A stretch of DNA of 64,000 nucleotides from the NCBI GenBank assembly GCA_964188305.1, contig OZ076885.1. One strand, 5' to 3'. The stretch comes from Podarcis bocagei. Taxonomy: Eukaryota. Under the pieces are notes generated by a model that had not been told where the DNA came from, did not search any database, and saw nothing but the letters and a program-made list of their open reading frames with translations. Below are positions 1 to 13,844 of this stretch, in pieces (positions within the stretch are counted from its first letter, which is position 1; every line of letters begins with the position of its first letter). Both the position numbers and the translations under genes were made by a program.

Positions 1-277
1 CACACTCACCCTGAACAGCTAAAAGAGGCTCCTGGGAGGCCATTGCTGGAACAACTCTTGGGTTGGGGCAACTGGGTAAAATGTTCTAAAATGTTTTAAG
101 CGGTTTTAATTTTGGTTGCTCTGTTTCATTTTTGTCGGGTTGGTGTTGGTTAAATGTTTAGTTGGGGTTGGCAGTTACTTTAATTTGGTTATAATTGTAA
201 ACTGTTATTATTGTTATCATAATTCTCATTGGTTTTATCAGTTTACTGGTTTGTTTGTTGCTTGTATAGGATATCTT

Positions 278-690
278 CTCGGTAGTGGCGCCCACCCTGT
301 GGAACGCCCTCCCATCAGATGTCAAAGAAATAAATAACTATCTGACTTTTAGAAGACACCTGAAGGCAGCCCTGTTTAGGGAAGTTTTTAATATTTGATT
401 AATTGTTGTATCTTAATCTTTTGTTGGAAGCCGCCCAGATTAGCTGGGGACAGTGGCGAAGCTGCATGCTCTGGCACTGGGGGCAGAGAGCAGGCAGGGG
501 CATGGCTGGCGTGCCCCCGGGGTTATGGCACCTGGTGTGGTGGGGGTTTGTGGCACATGTCTGGGGGGCAGCCACGATGGTACCCCCCTCCCTGATGGTG
601 CCAGGGCGGTGCTCTCCCCCCACTCCCCGTTCCTCTGCCAGTGGCTGTGGAAACCCAGCCTGATGGGCAGGGTATAAATAAATAAATAAT
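278..690 (+). mobile_element. L2-type LINE 3' fragment, interrupted by a hAT MITE
   Basis: Matches the 3' ORF2/3'UTR of the L2 copies at 18688 and 23741 (CTGTGGAACGCCCT...AGACACCTGAAGGCAGCCCTGTTTAGGGAAG...GGAAGCCGCCCAGA...GGGTATAAATAAATAAATAAT). Confidence 0.8.
451..643. mobile_element. hAT (Tip100-like) non-autonomous DNA transposon nested in the L2 tail
   Basis: Termini CAGTGGCG.../...CTGCCAGTG; 8-bp target duplication GCTGGGGA (443-450) / GCTGTGGA (644-651); removing it restores the L2 tail. Confidence 0.7.
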
Positions 691-832
691 ACCTTGTTTT
701 TTAATGTTTTGTTGTGTTTTATATGTTGTAAGCTGCCCAGAGTGGCACTTCCCCTGCAAGTGTATCTAGGAGCATAGGATATTATTGTCTTATACCGGGT
801 CAGGCTGCTCCTTTGCCTGGTTTTATCTGTAC

Positions 833-972
833 CAGAGGTGGGTGAACCTGTGGCCTTTAAGATGTTGTTTGGGCTCTGAGTCTTATCAGCCCTAACCAGC
901 ATGACCAATAATGTGGGATGATGGGAGCTGTAGTTGAGCAATATTTGGAGGGCCACAGATTCCTCATTCCTG
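833..972. mobile_element. Short hAT MITE (URR1/MER5-like)
   Basis: Imperfect terminal inverted repeats CAG..GAACCTGTGGCC / GGCCACAGATTC..CTG; internal GATGGGAGCTGTAGT motif. Confidence 0.55.
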
Positions 973-1177
973 GTCTACACCAACTGACATTGACTGACCA
1001 GGGTACAACAGAAGTCTTTTCCAGCTGCACCTGAAGATGGCAGGGATTGAACTCATCTACAGGCAAAACATACGTTCTACCAACAAGCTTCTGCATCTCC
1101 CCCCCCCCCAAGCTTTAAGATGGACATGAGATATATAGCCACACAAGTTGGATCAGGGTTGGGCAACCATATCAAAG

Positions 1178-1240
1178 AATCATAGAACTGTAGAGTTGGA
1201 AGGGACCACAAGGGTCATCTAATCCAACCCTCTGCAATGC
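1178..1240 (-). mobile_element. CR1-type 3' tail fragment
   Basis: ATCATAGAACTGTAGAGTTGGAAGGGACCACAAGGGTCATCTA is near-identical to the tail at 21946-22008. Confidence 0.65.
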
Positions 1241-4200
1241 CTTGTAGCCTGGGATCTGAGTATGTAATGGGCTAGTAATGTTAGTTTTTGTGAGTCTTGT
1301 TGGCCAACAAGTGGCTCTCCCCTTTTGGAGTAAAGGATGGTGTGATTTTGGTTACGCCACCATTCTGCTCTTTGCTTTGCCCAGAAGCTAGCAGGCAGCA
1401 ATCTGAATTTCTGCCATGGAATGGTTGACATTGTCCTACATATCGGAACGATTTCCTACTTGTGAAAAGAGACTGTCCAAATTTGTGATATAGCTGCTGT
1501 GTTCTCCCCACCCCCCTCCTAATGGAGGAGTTGGGTACACAGTTACTTTTTCTGGAAAGCCTACCACAGGCATATGGAGAATTACACTTTGCTGTTTGGC
1601 ATTTTAAATATCTGTGAACAGGATGGGATTGGGGAGAAAGATTTCCTTCTGTCCGTTTTTCATCTTTTGGCAATACATTCATGCTTTGCAACTAGATTAG
1701 CCAGTAGGCCAACTGGGAGCTGAATGCTGCAACTACCTTCCAAAGCTTGCCATTGCCTCCCTTTATTGTGAAATCCGCTGAGCCATAAACTACTCTGCTT
1801 GTAAGAAACATGCAGGTAAATATTCTCCCCCCTCCACCCACTGATTTGTCAACTCATTTCCCTCCCCTCCCCTCCTCTTAAAGACATGGTTTGGGACATT
1901 TGCAGATTTATATTTGTGGATCAGGCCCAAGACTTGCATACTTGATTCCAACTTAGTCTGTAGTACCACTCACTTAAGCACACACTTGCCTCTTATGGTT
2001 TGCCCATTAAATTTTCTTGCATTCCTACTTAGCTTGACTGATGGAAGAGACTAGCACTGTGCAACACTCAAGCGAGCAAATCTTTTTTTCCACCTGAGAT
2101 TTGGAATGAACTTGTGTGCTCCATAGTACTAGTGAGTGAGCAATGGCTCATGGTCTCCCCCTAGCAGAGAGACAGTGTTCTGCTGTTTGTTTGTAAAAAT
2201 ATGGATGAACCTGTGTTCTTTTTCTCTGCCTGCTTGGGGAGTAATGTGTGTATGTGGAAGGGAATATGATGGATTGTCTGGGATATGATGGATTGTCTGG
2301 ATACAATTCATTGTTACCACAGATTAACAGTTTTTGACAGCTTTCTTTATTATTAACTGATTTCATATCTTCCATTACTTCCCCTTTAAAAGTAAGCTTT
2401 TGTTGAATGTAAGATCTAGTATACTTCATATAGGAGTGCATTGTTTCAGTACTGATGGAACATTTTTTCTTTTAGCTGTTTTTTAATAAATAAATAAGAT
2501 TGTTCACAAGTGGAAAAATGGTATGCATTCTCATAATTTGGTCTTAATCTGTACAACATTGAGTTGCTTCACCAAGGAAACCTGTGCTGGTATTTGGCAT
2601 CTTGGCAGAGAATGCTTTTAGTTTTGTCTAGGCATTAAGGTTGGTGTCCTGATATCTTACTAAATAGCTAGAAATAATACTGTATTTCATGAATGGGTTA
2701 AGTTTGAGTTGGTTCAGCTATGACCACTACTACTGTCAAAGTTCTTCAGGTTAGATTTTCTACTGTAGCAGATTTAAAATAAAACTTTTTTTGTACATGT
2801 CAGTGTCATTGAAAACTCTTCACTTTGCTTTGAAGAAAGTGAGGTGTTATGTTCATTCACAGATTTCATATGCTATAGGTAAATGGAGGAACAGGTTTTT
2901 TTTAAAAAAAAGTGGGCAGGGGGATGATATTGTCTTGGCATCTGTATGTTAACTTTATTAAGAGACTATGATAGCAACAGCAAGATTTTTTGCCCTAAAG
3001 TTCCCTGGAGTGCGTAGGCTGCTTAGTAACCATCCCCATTCATGTGAAAGGTAGTTCATATCAATTTGTCTATAAAGTGTTCATTGTTAACAGATAAATT
3101 ACTCAGATAGTGACTCTTTCAGACATCATACCTAACCATGGTTTAGGTTTTAACTGCTTTGAGATTTTAATCACTTTGAGGTGTGTGTGTTTTTAAACAT
3201 CAAGTGAGTGGTATATAATTTTTTATGAAATAAAATAAAATGAATAACCTTACCTCTGACTGAGCTTCCAGCATGCAACAAACCATGGTTTGGATCTGCT
3301 TGTCCACTTTCATTTTCTGTTCTCTTAGTTCTGCAAGTTCATAGCTGCATTTGTGGTACAGCAACCTAAAGAGTGATGACTGCATAATTTGTCAGTTTGG
3401 ATACCATGCCAAACCACATGGTTTCAAAGTCTGGTTTGCCAGATAATTGTAAACTATGCTTTATCAGTCTGGCATCAAACTTGAAAATGTGTGCATGTAA
3501 CCATCAACAGTAGTTACAATAAACTAACACTTTTTCTAAAATCAGCATTTTTCATGTAAATTATTTAATAGTTTTATTGTTGGAGCTTTTTAGGGGTGAT
3601 CGTTTCTGGACAGGTTTCTCTACCTATCCTGTCTGTGATACTGAATAAGGCTGGAAAACACCCCTTGACTTCCTTATGTGTAGCTGAGATCACTTTCTTT
3701 CTCTGTTCTACCTAAGATTGGGGCAAGTGCGGCTCCCCAGATTTGTGGATTAATTACCTTGAGTTGGAGAAGCAAACTCTTCTGGTTACTTCCAGGCAGA
3801 GCCCAATCTATTGTTCGCTTTCACCTCCTCTTTTTGAGCACGTAGCCTGGACACAAGTTCAGACATGCAAGGTAGAGAGATCTTTGGGTTATGCAAAATA
3901 CCCAGTAAAATCCAGGTCCCTAATAAAAATGGCTTATTTAATGTTTATAGTTGGAAGGAGGGGGAATAAGTTGCAGCCTAAAAAGAAACAACACATTTCT
4001 AGATTTGGAACCTAGTCAAACTAAAAGAAAATTGACCAATTTGCTTGCAAAGTGCAAGAGTCTCTCCTATATTAGATGCTAGATGACCTTTTGGAGGAAA
4101 GCAGCTGAATTTTATCTCCCTAGAGTCAAAGTAGGTGGGTAGGATTGACAGGTGGAGGGGAATTTGCTACGGGGAGCTCCAGGTAAACAACACATAAGCT

Positions 4201-6661
4201 GGAAGCCTGTGATTTACACTTGCCAACAGCCCAGTTAGGTGGGATGAGGAAGTGTGAATCAAAAATGTTTCCTTCTGATCCCTGACAGACAAGCTCACTG
4301 TGGGGGAAATACTATCCTGGGATGCTTTGTATGTAAGAGAAGAGAATTTCTGAGATGGCAAGGCTATCTTATTGGGGCTAGGTAGAGAGATTCGTACATA
4401 GGCAGGTGTAGTGTGTTCAGCCTGTCATCAAAGTGCTTTATAAAGGTTTATAATAAAAATATGAATCAAGATTGCGTAATAACCCTATGTGTGTATATTC
4501 TGTATTCATGGATGTGGAATATTGCTTAACTCGCAGTCCTTATATACAGAGTATGGAATTAACTGCTTTGTTTCTGTTTGCTGAAAAATGTAGTGGAAAC
4601 CATGATCACTGGATTTTGCAACTTCCTTACAATGCATAGCTGTCCTTATGTACAGTTTAGCTAGAAACTTCAGAATGGCAAAGAGAAATACATAGAGGAG
4701 TGGTAGTGTTCAGTGCTTCTTATGCCTCATGCAGTATTTTATTGACTTTTTAAAGGTATTTGAAATGGCTTCTTAGAGCAAAAAGCCAAAGGGACATAAC
4801 TGAATAAAATAAACTGCTCTGTAAAAATATTAGCCTGCAGAATATGAACGCTATGTGTGATAGTGTAAAGGAGGTAAATCTTACTTGGTGCATCAACAAA
4901 TATACAGTTGCCAGGCATGTATACAGAACATTGTTGCTAGCATAAAATTGTAATTATGACCTTAATACTGTGAAGAGGCTTGCATGTACATGGTTTTTAA
5001 AAAATCATTTTTGCAATATTGTGAAATGTCTTGTGGAAGTATGAGAACTACAACTTTGGGAATATGTTGCATGGTTTCCAGGATATCCCTTTTATGGCTT
5101 TGCTTCTTAGAGGGAATTGCAGATGAACAGAATCTGGGTTTAAAATGTACTGTACTACAATTGCTGAAATATTGTGCTATGTGAAATTATATCTGCATAG
5201 GGTCATCATAACATTTGGTAAGAGAATGTATCATTGCTTATAATGTAGCCTCAGAGTTGCGGAACCTGTAGCTGAACTCTGACTCCCATAAGCCACAGAA
5301 ATTTTGCCCAATGGTCTGGTTGATTGGAGTTGTAGGTCCACAACATAGGGGGATCCACAAGGTCTCCACTCATGCAGTATGACTTCTTATCAGTCGGGGG
5401 AGGGGGGATCTGGTCCTAGCTGCAGCGCAAGGAATTGCCTGTTCTGACTCCTCTCTGGAGGAATTCAAACACTGGGTTTATGCGGTGGTTTATTTGTTTT
5501 GTTTTTAATGAGGTGCCAGTACTCATGTATTCCAGCTTTTAAGGAAACAACTTTTAATAATTTTGTGCCATTCAGCACTGTGCTGTTTAGTATACTTATT
5601 TTACATAATTTTAATTCTGTTATAGTTTAATTATTTTCTTCTATTAACTATTAATTATTTTCTTCTATTAACTATTATCTTCTATATGTTTTTAGCTATC
5701 TGTGTTTAACCCATGTTGTTTTAATTTTTGTGAGCCATCTTGAGTCCCAGTTCTGGGGAAAAGGTGGAATATAAAATAAAAGTGCTATGGGTGCCATGGG
5801 AAGCAAAAAAAATGAGATGCTGGAACTCGGTACTGCTGAGTAAAAAGAAAGAAAAACAATAATATTGGGCTTATATCCATATAGGAGTGTCATTTTTTTA
5901 AAAAGTTATTCTGAATCCCTCAAAATTAGTAGTAGTACTTAGACATTTGAAATAGTTTTTTCCATCTCTGATTTGAGGACTTGTATTATATCAGAACCAT
6001 GGTGTGGCAGATGTTTAGATTGTTCATATAAACCTTCCTGCCACTGAGAATATGAAAAGTGCCATAAATTGGGGAGGGGGTGGGAGGTTGCATTTTCTAT
6101 GAGACTTCATGTCCCTTTGGCGTCTGGTGGCTGACACTTTTAGGAGTGATTCTTCTTCTTTTGCCCGGCATGTAGACCTGTGGTCTTCTACGTTTTCAGA
6201 CTTAGGACCCACTTCTAACCCAAACATACATTTGGGGACACTTTTCCTAACTTGTTACCATATATTTATATGGCAGTACTGCTGCTATTGTGACCCATCT
6301 GCCCATGACCGGGTTGTGGTTCCTGGCCCACCAGTTAAAGATCAGTGTTATGGACTGCAAAGTTTTCTTAGCCTTTTCTCTTAAAACTCATTGCTTATTT
6401 CCCATAAAACTCATAAAATTAATAAAATTCCCATTTTACTGTCTCCCAGACTTAAGAAGCCAAGGACCATGCTTTCTTCTTTCAGGAATGGGAAGTTGCT
6501 GAGCCTGCCAGTTAAACGCAAAGCCAAACTTTCATTTTTGTTGCAAGAGTCACCTCTTAAAGTAGTAACGGGCCACTTTTGTTTTAGTGGTAATAGATAG
6601 GGTGATGTAAGGGAGAAAAGTAGATGACTAGATGGCTGGGGAAACAGATTGCATCTCTGTA

Positions 6662-6892
6662 GAGTGGTACCTTGGGTTACAAACACCTCGGGTTACAAAC
6701 ACTTTGGGTTACCGACTCCGCTAACCCAGAAGTAGTGCTTCAGGTTAACAACTTTGCCCCAGGATGAGAACAGCAATCGCACGGTGGCAGCAGGAGACCC
6801 CATTAGCTAAAGTGGTATCTCAGGTTAAGAACGGTTTCAGGTTAAGAAAGGACCTCTGGAACTAATTAAGTTCGTAACCAGAGGTACCACTG
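6662..6892. mobile_element. Tc1/mariner Tigger-like MITE
   Basis: TIRs (G/C)AGTGGTACCTTGGGTTAC / GTAACCAGAGGTACCACTG flanked by TA at 6660-6661 and 6893-6894. Confidence 0.8.
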
Positions 6893-9522
6893 TATTTACT
6901 TTCTTGTCAGGGTGACACTCAAAGGTTATATAGCCTCTTAGTTTTTACTTTGCACAGTGCTGTCATCGTCTGTATTAGCTTGTGAAACTTAAGGCGCAAA
7001 TTAAGTGATGGTTTAGATGGCTGCATGCATGTCTGTATAAAATAGCTTCAGCTGTGTTAGGAATATTATTATCATTATTATTGATTTATTAATTGCCTTC
7101 TGAACAACCATCTCAAGGTGATACACACTAAAGATAATTCCACAGAAAAGGGGCAGCCAAACTGAAAGCCATTCCCTGAGTTACTGCAGAGTGGGCTTTT
7201 GAGATCTTTGGAACTTGCATGAGAAACTCTTAAGTAGTTTCTCAAGTAACCTTGTCCTGACTGTACAGTATATGTTTGTACCATCACCTTGATTGGCCTG
7301 GGAACAGATTGGCAGCCTGTGCAAATCTCACAAGCAGAGTGTTATATGTTAATGGTAGTTTACCTCCACATGCAACCTAGTCACTGTGTTCTGCATCAGC
7401 TTCAGTCTCCAGACCAACCCCAAGGGCGATTGTCAATGCATGGAGAAGTGTGGTCCAACTTTCTCATTTCAATAATGGCCATAGCTCTCTTACCAACTGA
7501 AATTTTAAAAGGCACTGGGCTGTTAGAAGTTGTAGCTGAAAACATCTGGAGGTTGGGGAAGGCTGCACTAGCCATTAATTCCCTCTGATGTAACAACTGT
7601 GGGTTGTATCCTACTTGGAGTTAGACCCACTGAAATTACTAAAACTACGTTAGTCATGTTTATTTCATCAGGTCTGTTCTGAATAGAACTAGCATTGAAT
7701 ACCACCCTATAACTGCTTCCGGAATTGCAGTAATCCCATTAAAATCAGATCCCTAATTCATGTTGTTTCCAAGCAGGATTCTACTCTTTAAAGATGTCTC
7801 TAGACATTAATTCTTCAAGTATGATAGCAAAAAGATGAATAATTGTGAACAGAGTGCCAGAATAACTATTTTAAGATGCCAACATGAAGACTCCTTAAAT
7901 TTTTATTTCTTTTTAGGCTGCACCTTAAACTTGTAGAACAGCCGTAAGGTTTTTCAGGGTGTGGGGCTAAGAACTGAAATAAACCTAAAATGTTGTGTCA
8001 ATAATTTAATGTGTTGCTGTTAATGCACCCTGACTTCTTTTGGTAATTCTGTGTAGGCTGATGAATGATTTTGTTCTTGTGCAGAAAATGTGGAATGCAT
8101 AGTTTAGCATTATGGGCTAGGAGTGGTGAGAAAGCTTGTTATAGCAGGTGCCGGAACCTAAAAACTTAAAAAAGTCTGTTTTTGGTTGCAAAGAGGGAAG
8201 TTACAAAAGTTTGATTTAATAAGTGAGTGAGTCGAGTATGGGTGACAACATAGCTGTTGGAGAGCATCTGTACAGCATAGAAATGAACACACAGGGAGAA
8301 GGAAATATAAAACCAGTTGAATCAGAGTTGAATCTTCACTGAATGCAAGAGGGGGGGAAACTAATTTTGCCATGTCTGGCAGCCCAAATGTTAGTCAGAA
8401 CTCCAGACTAGGAACTCATTCTCATTATCTTCAACAGTGTAAATGGAGAGAGCTGTTCTGACTTGTTCACACCTAGTGATAACATGGGGAGACCTCTAGT
8501 AGCTCAGCAGGTTTGTTGCATTTGGAGTGTGAGCAGAATGTATGCAGGAGGCCGCATTGTACTTTTTTAACTTCTAGTGCTAAGAATTTCTAAGCGATTC
8601 TTACTTGAATCTTGAACAGTTATTTAAATTTCATGATTCTAAGTAGCCCAAATGTTTTCTTTTCCTGTTTCAAATACTGTTTCTTCTTTTTTACTTAAGA
8701 AAATTAACTAGACCAAGAAAAATATCAGAATTCACAATACTGCAAAAGCAAATGTTAAATTGAAAAAGACACCACTGTTTAACCTACATTTTGTGCATCA
8801 GTATATGTGTTTATAAGTGATATGTATATATAAAAAAACCTTGATAGAGAGCTGCTTTAACAAAATTTTGTGGTTTTGAACTAGTTCATATGTAACATTT
8901 AACCATAGTTTTAAATTATAGCTTAATGTACACATGTTGTTTGTTGTTCCCCTGCTGGCTGCAGGGAGGAAACAAGCCCAAATAATTCAGAGTCTGGTTT
9001 GTCCTGATATGCGAACCCAAGTTTGCTGCTCTCTATAAACTATGAGTAGTATGCCAATGACAAACCCAAATAATAGCAGGGGATTGTATGTTGGTTTACC
9101 CTCTCTCTTTCAAATTGTAATACCCAATATGACTTACAAATAGTTTTTTTAAAAAAATTATTAAATATATATTTAATAATAAAACAAAACAAATATTCTA
9201 CCATACAGCCAAATACTACTAAAGTTTAGTCTCTTCCCCCCTCCTCCGGTTGTCTCTAATTGGTTTAATTTGCTTTGGATTGGGTAGTTTGTATATATGG
9301 TTTTATTGTTCTGTACAGTGCCATGAAGTTTTATGAAAGCTAATATAAAAATATTTTAATCAGATAGAATGACAGCAATAGCTCAGAGACAGCACCCATT
9401 AAAAAACAAAAACAGAGAAGTTTTTGCTTGTTGCTTATCTGATTTTTCTGAGGTAGCATTCCAGAGGTGGAATACCACAGCTGAAATGGTACCATTCACC
9501 TCTGAACACAGAAGCACTCTGC

Positions 9523-9748
9523 AGGGCCAGTGTGGTGTAGTGGTTAAGAGTGGTAGACTCATAATCTGGTGAACCGGGTTCGCGTCCCCGCTCCTCCTCA
9601 TGCAGCTGCTGGGTGACCTTGGGCCAGTCACACTTCTTTGAAGTCTCTCAGCCCCACTCACCTCACAGAGTGGGGAGAATGTTAGCCGCTTTGAGACTCC
9701 TTCGGGTAGTGATAAATCGGGATATCAAATCCAAACTCTTCTTCCTCT
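9523..9748 (+). mobile_element. tRNA-derived SINE (Squam3/CORE-like)
   Basis: Pol III A box TGGTGTAGTGG, B-box-like GGTTCGCGTCC, CORE-like GGGTGACCTTGGGCCAGTCAC, CTT-rich tail. Confidence 0.75.
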
Positions 9749-9938
9749 TATTATTATTGATTATCATAGTGAATAGGCAAGATCATATGGGAAGAGATGG
9801 TACTTCAGATACATGGTCCCAGATTGTTCAGGTCAAAGCCAATATTTCAAACTCTACTGATCTACAATCAGTGTAGATTTTTCAGTGTTGGGTTAGTAAC
9901 TTTACTATCAATTTTTGAATTGGTTAGCATTTAAGATA

Positions 9939-10890
9939 CAGTGGTACCTTGGTTCTCAAACTTAATCCATTCCGGAAGTCTGTTCCAAAACCAAGGCACA
10001 CTTTCCCATAGAAAGTAATGCAAAATGGATTAATCTGTTCCATACTTTTAAAAACAACCCCTAAAACAGCAATTTAACATTAATTTTACTATCTAACGAG
10101 ACCATTGATCCATAAAATGTAAGCAATAAACAATGTACTGTAGTCACACAATCAATCAATCAATCAATCAATCAATAGCTAAACTGGGTTCCACACAGTC
10201 ACAAAAAAGAGCCACAAAACAAAAACGGAAAATAAATAGCAAAAAACAGACAGACCTCAGCATAACACTCAAAATGGAAATGTGGCACTCAAATTGGAAG
10301 CGTAACACTCAAAACGGAGCACGTTCGGCTGCCGAACAAAGTTCGCAAACCGGAACACTTACCGTATTTTTCGCCCTATAGGACGCACTTTCCCCCCTCC
10401 AAAAATGAAGGGGAAATGTGTGTGCGTCCTATGGGGCGAATGCAGGCTTTCGCTGAAGCCTGGAGAGCGAGAGGGGTCGGTGCGCACCGACCCCTCACGC
10501 TCTCCAGGCTTCACACACCTCTCCGCAAGCAGCGGGAGCCCAGCACTGGGCTCCCGCTGCTTGCGGAGACTTGCCTGCATGCCGAAGCCTGCGCGCGCTG
10601 AGCTCAGCACGTCCAGGCTTCGCGGACCTCTCCGCAAGCAGCGGGAGCGCTCCCACGGCTTGCAGAGAGCTGCCTGTTTGGGGGCTGGGGTCGGGGGAAG
10701 CTCGAGCTTCCCCAGTCCCGCACCTGGGGGGGAAAAATAATTTTCCCCCCTTTATCCCCCCCAAAAAAACTAGGTGCGCCTTATGGGACGGTGTGTCCTA
10801 TAGGGCGAAAAATACGGTACTTCCGGGTTTGCAGTGTTTGGGTTCCAAGTTGTTTGAGTACCAAGGCACTTGATAACCCAGGTACCACTG
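9939..10890. mobile_element. Tigger-like MITE carrying a nested Tc2-like MITE
   Basis: TIRs CAGTGGTACCTTGG / CCAGGTACCACTG with TA duplications at 9937-9938 and 10891-10892; internal (ATCA)n. Confidence 0.85.
10362..10817. mobile_element. Tc1/mariner Tc2-like MITE (CCGTATTTTT termini)
   Basis: About 27-bp TIRs CCGTATTTTTCGCCCTATAGGACGCAC / GTGTGTCCTATAGGGCGAAAAATACGG; TA on both sides; GC-rich internal hairpins. Confidence 0.9.
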
Positions 10891-11722
10891 TACATCACAC
10901 TTTAGGAATCTAACCATAACACTGCAGATCACTGTGGCAAAATGATATTTATTCAAGAGGCTATATGGTTGGTGCGCTAAATTAGATTGACGAAAGATGC
11001 AGGGCTTTTTTTCTGGAACCTCTCAGGTGGGCACCACTGACATTCTATGAGGACAAAGAACCATAAAGGTGGCCTATATAGTAAAGAAAAGCAGAGTTTT
11101 AGTAAAGGAGTATCACAGAATACATAAAGGGATAAGGCTACTCGACTGAAAACCAAAACCTGGAATTCAGGTTAAACCTATAGTAGACAAGTAGAAAGGG
11201 GCCTAATCAGATGTTCCTTTATCCCAATAATTGTACTTGGAGAGAAACTGGAAGTGGGCCATAGCCTTGTACACTTCCTGCCCTATCCCCTATCACTGTG
11301 TGGAAATGAGCAAATGAACCAGGAAATCCTGCATTCAAATAAACTTGGGATTGCCTGATTCATTTGTGCAGCTTCGGAGCTTTTCCTAGGTATAATGAAA
11401 CAAGCACTAGATATTATTTGGTTTATTATGTGTGTCACCTTTTGGGGTCAAACCATCCCAATGTGGCTTCCAACAGTTATATGCCAATGATATATGATGC
11501 ACAATAAATTTAAAACCAGAAAAACACAATTACAGGCAATCACCGATAGTATTAAAGCAACACTCAGTGTATTTGGTTTCCATAAGACCACAAAAACAAA
11601 GCAACACAAGAAATACAGCATAAAAGCCCTAACTGCTGAGTATATGTATGTCTGTGTTTTGGCAGATTAGTGCACTCTGATTACAGTATCTAGCAAATAT
11701 GTATTTTGCATGGAGTAATGCA

Positions 11723-11838
11723 GCATGAGTATGACCAAACTGCGGGAGGCAGTGGAAGACAGGAGTGCCTGGCGTGCTCTGGTCCATGGGGTCACGAAGA
11801 GTCGGACATGACTAAACGACTAAACAAACAAAACAAAC
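11723..11838 (+). mobile_element. RTE/BovB LINE 3' end (5'-truncated)
   Basis: GCCTGGCGTGCTCTGGTCCATGGGGTCACGAAGAGTCGGACATGACTAAACGACTAAAC tail; AATGCA flanking repeat; nearly identical to the copy at 54388. Confidence 0.85.
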
Positions 11839-13844
11839 AATGCAACTAAACCTAAAATGTTTGAACAAAGAAGCTACTAGTGATCTGAATATTAGTTTTG
11901 TCTATGTATGACATCACTGAAGATCTTATTAAACAGTGACATTATTTGATTCATGTGTAGAAGCTGAAACCTGTTTTAAAAGTGTAACTACCACCATCCA
12001 TATACGGTAATGAAAATTGTAAGTTTTCTCAGATCTTTGCATTATTGTTCTCACTTGAGACTGCTGTCCTCTACAGAGAGAGCTTGCAAGATCTAGCCCA
12101 CTTTTACTACTAGTTTGTAATGTATAAAAAGGAATGTTTAGTAATTTGGGACCAGGGTAGTCATGTTATTAATTTAAGAATGTCTCATTATCCTGTCAAT
12201 TTTATTTGTAACAGAAAATACTTTTAGATATAAATTCATCCATTTAACAGGTATTCATTTAAATGTGTTTCATTGTATTTGGTTTCCATGGAAATGGTGT
12301 ACAGCTAATGTTATTTATAAGGTGAAAGTAAAATAGGGTGTCTAATGGGACCCCCTGCTGCTCTGATGAGGAGACTTTGGGGGGGTGGGAAATAAAGGCT
12401 CGTGGGATTTTGAACAAAGTTTAATGGAAGTCTCTTGTAACTGCTTGTAAAAGACCAGCATTAGCAGTAAACAAATACTTCATGGTGATTAGGAAAACAT
12501 ACATTGAGTTTCCCTCACCACTTATATTCCTCTTCTTTATTTTTCTAAACTTTTATTTTGTATGTATAGGACTAAAATGTTAATGGAAATTAAGAAGAGC
12601 TTTCAAAAACCTCCATGCATAGCTGAAAGTTAAGATTATGAGAATCTCCATTACAGTCACTTGTTTTCACATGTATATAATTGTCTTAGGTATTTGTTTC
12701 TGCTGACATCCTCAATTATTGGCTTCCTTCTTAAATGGCTTTTTAAAAAAACAGGCAAAACTTTCAGTCATCAATTACATACATGAAAAATGCTTCTGTT
12801 GGAGTGTTTTTGCTGCTTTCTGCTTTGTCAGCCTTACACCAAAGGGTTTTCTGAATGTAGAAATTTCATTTGGCTTGCTCCTACTTCCCAAACTTGCTTA
12901 CCACTTTGTTCAACAATGCATACTTTAATACAGATGTATAATATAGTGGGTGTAGCAGGAAGGAAGCATTGTGCTGTTCCTATTCGAGCCTCTGGGTTTG
13001 TTTTGCTTTCATTTTGAGACTTTTTCTTGTCCTTCATACAATTTATTAATTTTTGTTTAACCTTTTATCTAACACCACAATTGAAGAAGCAAAAGGGTTC
13101 CCACTCTGCTTTTCATTTATATGTTCCTGTATCACCTCTCCCTGTTAATATTTGCATTTAGGATTCTCCCCCCCCCCCCACATCCTGAATTGGTTGGATG
13201 TTTCTGGCAGGTGCTTTGTTGAGATTTATATATTCTTGGCAAGAAGAATGGAATCGCAAAGTGCAGTGGTAGCACTCTTGATGTTTTCTGCCCCAAAGAA
13301 GGCACAAGCTCTGATGTGATTCCTTTGTGGCTACCTATCTAAATTGCCCTCCTCACTCAGGGACTGCCTTGAGATTCCCAGTGCAGGGATATATTGGAAA
13401 ACATCACGGCAGGCATGGCCTGTTTCCTCTCAACTTGTTTAATAAAGGAAGAATGCCAACTCTATGGGCCTCCCATAAGCTATGCTATTATTCAGATGTT
13501 TGTGATCAGTTCCATTCCTGGGGTATCCATGCTCCTATATGGAACTTTGGAATCATTTTAAAAAATAAAATAAAAAATAAGTGTATCCCCTTGGAGTTGA
13601 CACAATTGGGAACTCTCTATTCTTAATTTGCTTTTGTTTTCGCTTTTAAACTGTTTAATACTTGTTCTTAGTTTCTAGGTATTGATGCGTACCACTTGTT
13701 GGTAGATAGATGGATAGATAATGCACACTTCGTAGACTCTTGGGTCCTTTCCAATGGCCCCATTGAATCAGAGGTAAATCATCTGTGGCCATGTTCAGAG
13801 TTTTACTTTTGCTTGGACAATGTGGTATCTACAACAGCAATATA

